Assembly: GCA_043804695.1 (NCBI GenBank)
Contig: JAZDIV010000133.1
Span: 1-14,605, forward strand
DNA length: 14,605 nucleotides
Direction of reading: 5' to 3'
Source: PVC group bacterium
GTDB lineage: Bacteria > Auribacterota > Erginobacteria > Erginobacterales > Erginobacteraceae
Shown: positions 6,162 through 14,202 of the stretch, piece by piece
Layout: each line of letters opens with the position of its first letter
How positions within the stretch are numbered: position 1 is the first letter of the stretch
Position numbers and translations under genes: made by a program
The notes under the pieces: model-generated
Told to the model about the DNA's origin: nothing
Databases searched by the model: none
What the model saw: the letters and a program-made list of their open reading frames with translations, nothing else

Positions 6162-8318
6162 CTATTTCTCTGTCAAGTTCCAGACGCCGTCCCAGGTCTT
6201 GCCGGGATCGTTGATAAGGGCTTCGCACCGCTCGGCATAGACCCGGGCTGCCGGATCTTCGGGCAGTTCCTTAAAGAGAGCGAGCGCTTCTTTCCACCGG
6301 CCTTGATAGCACATCGCCACGCCCTGGGCAAACGCTTTCCATCCGGGAGGTGGCTCTTCCTCCCTCGACCCCCAGGGCTGGAATACGGTGACCGGTGTTT
6401 TTCGCCCCACCACCCGGAGTTTCCCGAGTTCCCTCCCGGTAAATGCCCCGGCGGTCTGTTCCCAGGTCGCCTCCGAGACCATCAGGTAGGTTCCGAAGGC
6501 CTTGTTCGCCCCTTCCAGCCGGGAGGCGAGGTTGGCCGCGTCGCCCAGCACGGTGTAGTCGAACCGGTCGCGGGAGCCCATGTTCCCCACCACCACCTCC
6601 CCGGTGTTGAGTCCGATCCGCATGAAGAGATCAACCCCGACCCGTTCCCTGAAATCGGCGCGCCGGGCGGCCAGCTTCTTCTGACAATGGAGCGCCGCGC
6701 GGACGGTCCGCTCCGCGTGGTCATTCTGAGCGAGAGGGGCGTTCCAGAAAGCCACGATCGCGTCCCCGATGTACTTGTCGAGCGTCCCCCCTTCCTCGAG
6801 GATGATGTCGGTCATGTCGGAGAGAAAGTCGTTGAGGAGCGCGGTCAGGGTGGGCGGGTCGAGTTTCTCGGAGAAGGTCGAGAACTTCTGGATGTCGGAA
6901 AAAAAGATGGTCAGGACCTTCCGTTCGCCCCCCAGGGCAAGCTGGGAGGGGTCTTCAATCAGCCGCTCGATCACGGCCGGGCTGAGATAATACTTGAATG
7001 CCCCCTTGATGAAGGCCTTCTGGCGCCCCTCGGTCGCGTAGTTGTAAAGCAGCGCCCCGGCCAATGAAAGGACCACCGCGGCCTCCCCGGCGATGATCGG
7101 CCACCAGCAACCGGCCGGGTAGGCGGCGAACCCGAGCACCCACGGAAACGGAAGGCAGAGAGCCGAAATGACGGCGCTCTCCCCGGCTTTCCGGGCCAGG
7201 GAGACGGCGCTTCCGGCGGCGATCGCCAGGAGTACGATCAGCCCGGCCGCCGGAAGGGCCGGAGCATCCTGCAGGAAATCGCCGGACAAAAGGTTGTCAA
7301 GAACGGTGGCGTGGACGAGAACACCCGGTGATTTCGGGCTGAGCGGGGTCGCCCGCAGGTCGTGAAGGCCCGGAGCGCTGAAGCCGAAAAACACGTAGCA
7401 GTCCCGGAATGTCGCCGGGTCGATCGACGGTTCCGCCCCTTCCTGGATTCTGAGCTCGGACTGGATGACGGCGGCGGCGCTCAGCGGCCGGTAAACCGCG
7501 GTATCCCCCCGGAACCGGAGGAGCGCCCGGCCGGATGCGTCCAGCGGAACGGACTTCTCCCCGAGATGAAGCGTTGTCCCCCCGATCGAAAGCGGAACGG
7601 CCTCCGCGTGCAGCGGCGCCAGGTAGGCGGCGGTTCCCAGCGCGGGGATGCAGTGGTTATCGAAGACGCCGAAGAGGGCGGACCGGCGGAAGATCGCGTC
7701 CGGATCGGGCTCTTCGGTGACATTCCCCAGGAGGACGGCATTGAGGCCGACCTCCGGGATGGGGAAGGTCGCCCGGGGATAGACCAAGCTTTTCTCCCGC
7801 TCCGGGGTGGAAAGCCAGGATGAGAGCCCTTCGAGAGGGATCCCGCGGGGAGGAAGGTCGGGGGGCCAGGCCGATTCTCCGCCCGTCATTTTGCTGAGGG
7901 AAAGGGCGGCGGTGAACGGGGGCGAGCGACGGATCGCTTCCCCCAGGGCCACGTCCTGGGAGACGCTCTGCCGGTCGGACGACTCGGTGTAGAGAACGTC
8001 GAAGGCGACGGAACGGGCGCCTCCCCGCCGGCAGAAGTCGATGATCGGACCGTAGACCTCCCGCGGCCAGGGCCAGGACAGGCCCATCTCCTTCTCTCCC
8101 CAGTCGAGGCTCGCCTGGTCGAGCAGGATGATTTTAACCTGCTCGGTGGTCGGGGAGGGGCGGGCGAAATACCGAACCCGCCAGGCCCAGGAGGCCGACT
8201 CCCAGCGATCGAGGAGGCCGAGATGCCAGAAGAGCAAGGCGAGGATCGACGCCAGGAAACCGATCAGGATACCGCGGCCGATCTTTTTTCTTTGCTTGTT
8301 AAAATTTTTGCCTGACAA
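6162..8318 (-). CDS. CHASE2-domain class III adenylate cyclase
   Basis: N-terminal TM, CHASE2 ('WPWPR', 'VAFDVLY', 'PGVLVHA..LDNLL'), 3 TMs, then a cyclase domain with 'FSDIQKFS', 'DKYIGDA', 'DYTVLGDAANLASRLE'. The Lys/Asp pair predicts ATP as substrate. TPR-like tail ending 'WDGVW'; TTG start. Confidence 0.95.
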   Translation of the reverse strand: MSGKNFNKQRKKIGRGILIGFLASILALLFWHLGLLDRWESASWAWRVRYFARPSPTTEQVKIILLDQASLDWGEKEMGLSWPWPREVYGPIIDFCRRGGARSVAFDVLYTESSDRQSVSQDVALGEAIRRSPPFTAALSLSKMTGGESAWPPDLPPRGIPLEGLSSWLSTPEREKSLVYPRATFPIPEVGLNAVLLGNVTEEPDPDAIFRRSALFGVFDNHCIPALGTAAYLAPLHAEAVPLSIGGTTLHLGEKSVPLDASGRALLRFRGDTAVYRPLSAAAVIQSELRIQEGAEPSIDPATFRDCYVFFGFSAPGLHDLRATPLSPKSPGVLVHATVLDNLLSGDFLQDAPALPAAGLIVLLAIAAGSAVSLARKAGESAVISALCLPFPWVLGFAAYPAGCWWPIIAGEAAVVLSLAGALLYNYATEGRQKAFIKGAFKYYLSPAVIERLIEDPSQLALGGERKVLTIFFSDIQKFSTFSEKLDPPTLTALLNDFLSDMTDIILEEGGTLDKYIGDAIVAFWNAPLAQNDHAERTVRAALHCQKKLAARRADFRERVGVDLFMRIGLNTGEVVVGNMGSRDRFDYTVLGDAANLASRLEGANKAFGTYLMVSEATWEQTAGAFTGRELGKLRVVGRKTPVTVFQPWGSREEEPPPGWKAFAQGVAMCYQGRWKEALALFKELPEDPAARVYAERCEALINDPGKTWDGVWNLTEK

Positions 8319-8323
8319 AAATT

Positions 8324-9265
8324 TTAGATTCCTTTCAAGTTTCTCCCGAAGCGTTCCTGCCGGGGCGCGGGCACGGCGACGACCGTGTAGGTGTCGATGA
8401 TCGCCTCGACATCCTTGATCCGGTCGTTCGGGTCGGGATGGGTCTTGGCAAAATCAAGGCCGCCCGGCTTGAGCTGCTTCTTCATCTCCCGCAGCATCTC
8501 GACCAGGCCGTTCGGGTTGTACCCCACCCGTTTCACGATCACGATCGCCGATTCATCCGCTTCCCGTTCCGCCGAGCGGGCGTACCCGCTGTTCATCATG
8601 GTGGAGGTGATGTCGCTGATGCTGCCCTCGAAGGCCTCGGTCAGTTCGGCCAGTTCCTTCCCCCCGAAGCTCTTGGCTCCTTCCGCCGCCAGGATGGTCA
8701 GGGCGGAGGTGAGGCGGCCCGACTTGATCGCCTTCAGGCCGTGCTGGTTCTGGACATGGCCGACTTCATGGGCGAGCACCGCCGCCAGGTCATCCTCGTT
8801 CCGACAGAGCCTGATCATCCCGCGGGAGATAAAGATGAACCCGCCCGGCGCCGCGAAAGCGTTGATCTGGTCGGAATCAAGGATCAGGAAATGGTAGCCG
8901 GCGAAGGTCTCCGGCTTGTCGGAGGCCGCCGCCAGGGTCTGCCCGAGCAGGTTGAGATAGCGGATGGCCTCCTTGTCGTCATAGGGGGGGTAGGCGTGCA
9001 GAACCGTCGCCGCCACCGCCCGACCGATGTAGTACTCCTGCTCGGGGGTGATATCGGCAAACGTCTTGGCCACCGCCTTGGAGGCCCGGCCCAGCGATTC
9101 CGCCTGCTCGTCGGTCATCACCCCGGTCGCCTTGCCGACCTGGCCTCCCAGTTCCCCCATCGACTCCAGAGTCTTGCAGCCGCCGATCGCGGCCAGGCAG
9201 ACGAGAACCGCCAGGAGGCCAAATGTGCTCGCCGGATTCGTCTCCATCAGCTCTCTCTCCTTCAT
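8324..9265 (-). CDS. M48-family zinc metallopeptidase lipoprotein (LoiP/BepA-like domain)
   Basis: Lipobox-like 'IGG-C'; 'INAFAAPGG', HExxH 'HEVGH', 'YARSAEREAD', 'THP'. ATGA overlap with the upstream gene. Confidence 0.92.
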   Translation of the reverse strand: MKERELMETNPASTFGLLAVLVCLAAIGGCKTLESMGELGGQVGKATGVMTDEQAESLGRASKAVAKTFADITPEQEYYIGRAVAATVLHAYPPYDDKEAIRYLNLLGQTLAAASDKPETFAGYHFLILDSDQINAFAAPGGFIFISRGMIRLCRNEDDLAAVLAHEVGHVQNQHGLKAIKSGRLTSALTILAAEGAKSFGGKELAELTEAFEGSISDITSTMMNSGYARSAEREADESAIVIVKRVGYNPNGLVEMLREMKKQLKPGGLDFAKTHPDPNDRIKDVEAIIDTYTVVAVPAPRQERFGRNLKGI

Positions 9266-9753
9266 CGCCGTCCTCCTCCGGGCGCGGTCACCTGCCCGAC
9301 CTTCAGGAATCCCTCCATCTGCTCCGGCAAGATGATGATCTTTTCCATCCGGTCCACCCAGGTGAAATCAATGTCGGAGTTTCGGGTTTTGAACTCGGCC
9401 TCGACATCGGAGTTGAACCCCTTCCCGGCCAGGGCCAGCTCATCGCCGGAGGCGGCGGTTTCGACAGTTCCGCTCCCGGCCGAAAGCTCGATCTCGTCGT
9501 CGGTCAAAGCCGAGATGTGAATCCATCCCTGGGGCCCGCTTCCCTTGCGCCCCAGGACCCACTCTCCCTGTTCCTGGATGACGGTGACCCGGTCCCCGTA
9601 AGAGACCGAGCCGACTATCTGGCCGAGAAACGACGGCTTGGATCGAAGGGCGCCGTTCCTTACCTGCACGTTCAAAATATCGGCCCGGGTTCCCGCCGCC
9701 GTCCCGGCCAGCAGAAAAAACAGCAGCGATACCCCGATTACGCCTGTTTTCAT
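9262..9753 (-). CDS. Exported bacterial SH3-like domain protein
   Basis: Signal peptide followed by 'LRSKPSFLGQIVGSVSYGDRVTVIQEQGEW......QGWIH' (SH3b pattern). GAGGT 7 nt upstream of ATG 9753 favours this start over 9780. Confidence 0.85.
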   Translation of the reverse strand: MKTGVIGVSLLFFLLAGTAAGTRADILNVQVRNGALRSKPSFLGQIVGSVSYGDRVTVIQEQGEWVLGRKGSGPQGWIHISALTDDEIELSAGSGTVETAASGDELALAGKGFNSDVEAEFKTRNSDIDFTWVDRMEKIIILPEQMEGFLKVGQVTAPGGGRR

Positions 9754-9853
9754 TTCCATCACCTCATGGTTCCACTGCATTTTAACTCACTGTTTTCTTC
9801 CGTCTGCTTACCTTCCGTCTTATTAGAAGAAAAAACCGCGAAAAAATTCAATA

Positions 9854-10089
9854 TAAATTAGCGCCTCCGGCGCTAATTTAGAAGAATTGGAGTGAATTGT
9901 ACCTTTTAAACTTGTAACAGACTGATGATTACCCAAGAATTAGTTTGAATGCAACTGCTCAATAAACAACGGTAAGCCCTTAGCGTAATAAAACAAAACA
10001 ACATGTTTTCCTGGTTGCTTTTTCGCCTGTTTTGGGAGTTCAATAATCGGAAAGATCCAATTATTGAACTCCCGAAACAGTAAATTAGC
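9854..10089. repeat. Double-hairpin intergenic element, copy A
   Basis: Hairpin TAAATTAGCGCC-TCC-GGCGCTAATTTA (9854-9880), a conserved core, a 21-bp-arm hairpin (10027-10080), then a lone TAAATTAGC. Homologous to 12174-12404. Confidence 0.88.
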
Positions 10090-10094
10090 TGACT

Positions 10095-11051
10095 TCATTG
10101 CTCATTCACCGGGGTCTCGCTATCCGGCGGCGCGGGCACCACTTTCCTGATTTCCTCGAATAGGCCTCGAACGTCCTCCCGGAACGCCTCCTGTTCGCAC
10201 TGCTCTCCGGTCTCCACCGCCGAGGTGATCATCTCCAGGGAGGCGGTGATGTCACCCCGGGCAAAGAGGTTGCGGGCCGACCGGAAGAAACGGTCCCCGG
10301 CCGAGCAGTAATCGCCGGCCCGGCGGTAGGCGTCTCCGGCGCGGGCCAGGGCTCCGGCCATTGCCGCGTACCGGGCCGACCGGCGAAGGAGGCCGGCCTG
10401 CCGGTCGAAGGCCGCGCCGGCTTCGCTCGCGGAGCCTTCCCGGAGCAGGATATCCCCTTCCAGGGCGGCATACTCGGCCGCCGCGAGATCGTCCTCCGTC
10501 TCCTCCAGAAGCTGCCGGGCGGCGACCAGCTCGCTCGCCGCAGCCTGATCGTCATCCGCCAGAATGGCCAGCCGGGTCCTGAGAAAGGCGGCCTGGAGCC
10601 GGACCGCTGGAGTCAGGCTCCCCTGATCGACGCAGACTTCTTCCCGGAGCAGGCTCTCCGCTTCCTCCGGGCGACCCTGGAGAAGGGCGACCCGTGCCTG
10701 CAGCAGGGGAAGATCGGTCGGGATGCCGCCCGCCTGCAGGAAGGCCCGGCGGGCTTCCCCCAAAAGGTCTTCCGCCCGGTCGAGATCCCCCTCTTCCAGG
10801 CAACAGGCGGCCAGGTTATAGGCGCCGTTGCCGATCTCGCCGGCGTCATCCATCACCCGGGCCCGCTGCAGCGCCAGGCGGTAATGCCGGGCGGCCAGCT
10901 TGAACTCGCCCCGGTCATAGGCCATCCGGGCCGACGCGGCCGCCTGGGACAGCTCCGGGTCAATCCGCCTGGCCGGTCCCGAACTCGAACATGCCGTGAG
11001 AAGCAGCGTAAGAACTGCGGTGATATATCCGGATAACTTTACGGTATACAT
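10095..11051 (-). CDS. TPR-like alpha-helical lipoprotein
   Basis: Lipobox 'LLTA-C', then Ala/Leu-rich helical repeats ('GAYNLAACCLEEGDLDRAEDLLGEA', 'LARAGDAYRRAGDYCSAGDRF'). Confidence 0.78.
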   Translation of the reverse strand: MYTVKLSGYITAVLTLLLTACSSSGPARRIDPELSQAAASARMAYDRGEFKLAARHYRLALQRARVMDDAGEIGNGAYNLAACCLEEGDLDRAEDLLGEARRAFLQAGGIPTDLPLLQARVALLQGRPEEAESLLREEVCVDQGSLTPAVRLQAAFLRTRLAILADDDQAAASELVAARQLLEETEDDLAAAEYAALEGDILLREGSASEAGAAFDRQAGLLRRSARYAAMAGALARAGDAYRRAGDYCSAGDRFFRSARNLFARGDITASLEMITSAVETGEQCEQEAFREDVRGLFEEIRKVVPAPPDSETPVNEQ

Positions 11052-11101
11052 AGGAAATCCGAAGCGGAAGCTCGATCCACTCTCTGTTCGGACAACGTGC
11101 C

Positions 11102-11183
11102 GGAGTACGGGGGTGATGGAGCAATGGAGTGTTGGAGGCCGGATCTCCCATTACTCCACCACTCCATTACTCCACTACTCCAT
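11102..11183. repeat. Inverted arrays of an imperfect octamer (GGAGTRRT / CCAYYACT)
   Basis: GGAGTACG GGGGTGAT GGAGCAAT GGAGTGTT GGAG faces CCATTACT CCACCACT CCATTACT CCACTACT CCAT. Confidence 0.85.
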
Positions 11184-11227
11184 CTTTTCATAAATTCCGT
11201 TCTGCTCTCGTATATGTTTCTGCCTGC

Positions 11228-12160
11228 CTACTCACCAATCGAAATGGATGACACCGGAATCCGGGAACTCCCCTCCCCCCGGTCGACGTACCCTCGGATC
11301 AGCCAGTGCCGCTGCAGGGCTTCAATCAGCCGCTGCGTTTCGCGCAGGGTTTCCCGTGACTGGAGCACCAGCCCGGGGACGTCCTCGACTTCGCCGGCGA
11401 TGGTCTCCGCCATGGGGGGAAACGTGTGGACGGTCCGGGCGGCGTCGTCCGCGATCACCTGCAGCCGTTCGGTCATCTCTTTGAGTTTCCGGACAATTTC
11501 TTTCAGGTCCTCCGTCATCCCCGGGTCGCGGAGGACGGCGCCCGCCATCCCCTCCCCTGCCGCCAGCCCTTCGGTAATCCGATTCAGGTTGCCAAGCAGC
11601 TGCTGAAGGCTGCCCCCGGGGTCGCGGATGTCGGCGGCGAGGCGCGTGTACTCTTCTATCGCGAGCCTCGTCTGCTCGATGACCGGAATAACCTCCTCCA
11701 TGACTTTTTCCACCTCGATCTCCAGAAACTCGGTTATCTCGGTATCCTTCGCGCACGTCAGGGACGAACCTTCCGGGAGAGGGGCGCCCGTGCCCTTGGT
11801 GATGTCGATGTAGGAATCGCCGGCCAGCACAAACTTTTTCTTCACGATCACCTTGGAGTCTTCACGGACAAAACGGAAGAAATCGCCCTTGATCGCTATC
11901 CGTCCGGTCATATTCCCATCCGAGTCGACCGACAGCTTTTCCAGGGATCCCACCACCGCTCCCAGGATGACGACCTCGGAGCTCTCCTGGAGACCCAGGG
12001 AGCCTTCGGGGGGAAAGATCAGGGTGTATCGGTGGACGGATTCAAACCATTGCTGGGACTGCCCGGCCAGGAAGATCCCGACCAGGAGAATGATCAGAAC
12101 CAGGAGCACGAAGGTCCCCACGATCTCGTTGACATACCGGAACTTGAACGGCTGCGCCAT
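11228..12160 (-). CDS. MlaD/MCE-family protein with a long helical C-terminal region
   Basis: 'EIVGTFVL' TM; MCE pattern 'GLQESSEVVILGAVVGSL...VREDSKVIV...LAGDSYIDITKG'; heptad-rich tail with 'GEGMAGAVLRDP'. Confidence 0.9.
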   Translation of the reverse strand: MAQPFKFRYVNEIVGTFVLLVLIILLVGIFLAGQSQQWFESVHRYTLIFPPEGSLGLQESSEVVILGAVVGSLEKLSVDSDGNMTGRIAIKGDFFRFVREDSKVIVKKKFVLAGDSYIDITKGTGAPLPEGSSLTCAKDTEITEFLEIEVEKVMEEVIPVIEQTRLAIEEYTRLAADIRDPGGSLQQLLGNLNRITEGLAAGEGMAGAVLRDPGMTEDLKEIVRKLKEMTERLQVIADDAARTVHTFPPMAETIAGEVEDVPGLVLQSRETLRETQRLIEALQRHWLIRGYVDRGEGSSRIPVSSISIGE

Positions 12161-12173
12161 AAAATTTTTGCTC

Positions 12174-12404
12174 TAAATTAGCGCCGGAGGCGCTAATTTA
12201 TTTTATTAAAGAGAATTTTTCTTTTAAAAAATAGAACAGACTGATAATGATCCAAGAATTAGTTTAAAAATAACTACTCAGTAAGCAACGGCAAGCCCAT
12301 ATTATTATAATTCTAAAAAGACATAATCTCATCCCGGGTGCTTTTTCATCTGTTTCGGGAGTTCAATAATAGGATTTTATCCGATTATTGAACTCCCGAA
12401 ACAG
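12174..12404. repeat. Double-hairpin intergenic element, copy B
   Basis: TAAATTAGCGCC-GGA-GGCGCTAATTTA (12174-12200); core 12235-12298 matches 9916-9979 at 53 of 64 nt without gaps; perfect 21-bp arms CTGTTTCGGGAGTTCAATAAT (12350-12404). Confidence 0.88.
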
Positions 12405-12409
12405 TAATA

Positions 12410-13117
12410 TTAACTTTGTTCCAGGCGTGGACCTTTCAAGCGATACCTTTTCAGAGGGGATAACCGGACCGCCGAGAGATCCGGAAAATCACCGCTGATC
12501 CAGAGGACCGCCGCGCCCCGGACCAGCGCGCCGGCGATGCCCTTGATCAGATAATGCAGCACGTCAATATACGCATCCCTCAAGGGTTCTTCCAGTATAA
12601 TTAACGCCGGCTCGCCTAAAAAAGCCCGTGTCCACTCGGCGCGACGAAGGATCGCCTTCTGGAGAAGAGCCGGCCGAATGTTCGGCAGTTCTTTCAATCC
12701 GAAAAACTCCCCCGTTTTCCGGGCCGCGGCAGCGATCTCATCCGCCGAAAGCCCTGAGTGATGGCGCAGCGGGAGCGTGATATTCTCATCCACGTTGAGG
12801 TTGCTGATCCAGCCGCCGGTCATGAACACCCTGCCGATTTTTCCCCGGGCCCGAGCCGCGTCCCTCGGGCGAAGGGCAAGCCAGTTCTCCCCCAGGAAAA
12901 GGATCTCACCGCCGGCGGCTTCAACCAGTCCCTGGGCCGCATCGGCCAGCGGAGAGAGCCCGTGCCCTCTCTCCACGCTGACCAGGGCCAGCTCTCCGGC
13001 TTTGAGGAGCAGGCTGACATTTTCCAGCCCGTACTCATAGGGGGGAGGCGCGATCACCGATGCGTCCCGGAAAGAGAGGATTTCCGTCCCCTCGGTATGT
13101 GCAGTCCTTTCGTTCAT
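12410..13117 (-). CDS. MlaF-like ABC ATPase-fold protein with degenerate catalytic motifs
   Basis: ABC fold cues ('LENVSLLLKAGE', 'ISNLNVDENITLPL', 'RP..L', 'EPALIILEEP') between mlaE-like and mlaD-like genes. Walker A, signature and H-loop are degenerate. Confidence 0.82.
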   Translation of the reverse strand: MNERTAHTEGTEILSFRDASVIAPPPYEYGLENVSLLLKAGELALVSVERGHGLSPLADAAQGLVEAAGGEILFLGENWLALRPRDAARARGKIGRVFMTGGWISNLNVDENITLPLRHHSGLSADEIAAAARKTGEFFGLKELPNIRPALLQKAILRRAEWTRAFLGEPALIILEEPLRDAYIDVLHYLIKGIAGALVRGAAVLWISGDFPDLSAVRLSPLKRYRLKGPRLEQS

Positions 13118-13119
13118 GA

Positions 13120-13148
13120 TAAATTAGCTCCCTTCGGTCGCTAATTTA
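13120..13148. repeat. TAAATTAGC-family hairpin
   Basis: TAAATTAGC-TC-CC-TTC-GG-TC-GCTAATTTA, 2 nt upstream of the mlaF-like ATG. Confidence 0.8.
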
Positions 13149-13283
13149 ATGCTTCGGAATTTTAATAATAACTATGCAGATTTCAGTCTACAGATAACCC
13201 ATACTTTAAAGGTAAAACGTGGGCTGAGATTATAAGGCCTTCTTAGAGTGTTGCCTCTATGATAATAGTATCGTTAACCAACA

Positions 13284-13338
13284 GACCCGACGAAGTCGGG
13301 TCCATTATAAAGTAGCGAGCGTAGCTCGCTACTTTATA
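13284..13338. repeat. Two adjacent triloop hairpins after the mlaE-like gene
   Basis: GACCCGAC-GAA-GTCGGGTC and TATAAAGTAGCGAGC-GTA-GCTCGCTACTTTATA (13306-13338); the second overlaps the stop codon. Confidence 0.85.
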
Positions 13339-14134
13339 TATAGGTAAAAATAGAGACCAGGACCGAGACGATGAAAAGGGCGGTGACCGAACGGACGACC
13401 GCCCGGGTTGCCGCCTGGGGGACCTCGGTAATCGCGGCGCGCACCCCCAGCCCCTCGGTACAGCAGATGACCCCGGTCAGCAGACCGGGGATGATTGTCT
13501 TTGCCAGAAGGTTAAAAACGTCGGAGGGGGTGATCGCTTTGAAGACGCTCCGGAAGAAAAAAACCGGGCTGCCGGCGGTGGCGCCGAACAGGACCCCGCT
13601 CAGGTACCCGCTCCCGAAGGAGACCACGATGAAAATGATGCTCAGGCAGAAGACCGATCCGACCACACCCAGTACCCGGGGCACGACCAGGTAGAGGAAA
13701 GGATCCAGGCCCAGGGCGTCGAGCACCCTGACCTCGCCCGAGACGTTCATGTTCCCCAGTTCGGTCGCGATCGCCGTTCCCGAACGGCCGATCACCACAA
13801 AGTTGACCAGGAGGGGCCCAATCTCCCGGATGATGACCATCACCAGCACCGGCCCCAGGAGACTGGTCTGGCCGGCCCGGGCCAGCCAGACCTGGGTCTG
13901 GACCACCACCGAGATGCCGATCAGAAAGGCGATCAGGGCCACAAAGCGGACCGCTTCAAAACCGGTAAAGAGAATCTGCCGGGCTAAAACATTGCGGACC
14001 GTCGGCCGGAAAGTTCCCCGCTGTAAACAGGAGGCCAGGATCGCCCCGGTCACCGCGGCCAGATACCGGAAAAACCGCCACCGGCTCACGACATACCCGC
14101 CGATCGGAGAGACCGCTTTCATTCCACTTGACAA
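13334..14134 (-). CDS. mlaE: MlaE-family ABC permease
   Basis: 'IREIGPLL....VIGRSGTAIATELGNMNVSGEVRVLDALGLDP..YLVVPR' and 'VPQAATRAVV'. Start is TTG 14134 (AGGAG upstream) or ATG 14122. Confidence 0.93.
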   Translation of the reverse strand: MSSGMKAVSPIGGYVVSRWRFFRYLAAVTGAILASCLQRGTFRPTVRNVLARQILFTGFEAVRFVALIAFLIGISVVVQTQVWLARAGQTSLLGPVLVMVIIREIGPLLVNFVVIGRSGTAIATELGNMNVSGEVRVLDALGLDPFLYLVVPRVLGVVGSVFCLSIIFIVVSFGSGYLSGVLFGATAGSPVFFFRSVFKAITPSDVFNLLAKTIIPGLLTGVICCTEGLGVRAAITEVPQAATRAVVRSVTALFIVSVLVSIFTYI

Positions 14135-14202
14135 CCCGCTCCTGATCCCTTATTTCTTTATTAAGTTCGCTGAAAAACTCAACCTCTCAATAAACAAGCA
14201 CC

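Noticed and set aside
3335..8318. Pycsar/CBASS-type anti-phage system
   Set aside because: A cyclase, an MBL protein and a cNMP-binding membrane effector superficially recall Pycsar, but this cyclase is a membrane CHASE2 receptor with ATP-type residues. A defence role is not excluded but is unsupported.
8438..9520. 360-aa + strand ORF and the other long antisense or alternate-frame ORFs
   Set aside because: These are shadow ORFs of GC-rich genes that have clear family motifs on the - strand.
9916..9979. Small peptide conserved in both copies of the duplicated element (QTDDYPRISLNATAQ / QTDNDPRISLKITTQ)
   Set aside because: In-frame stops lie just upstream in both copies with no convincing start, and the changes are mostly non-synonymous.
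10027..10080. Rho-independent terminator call for the long hairpins (also 12350-12404)
   Set aside because: There is no U-tract after the stems on the coding strand, and one copy lies within the mlaF-mlaD unit; they are kept as repeats.
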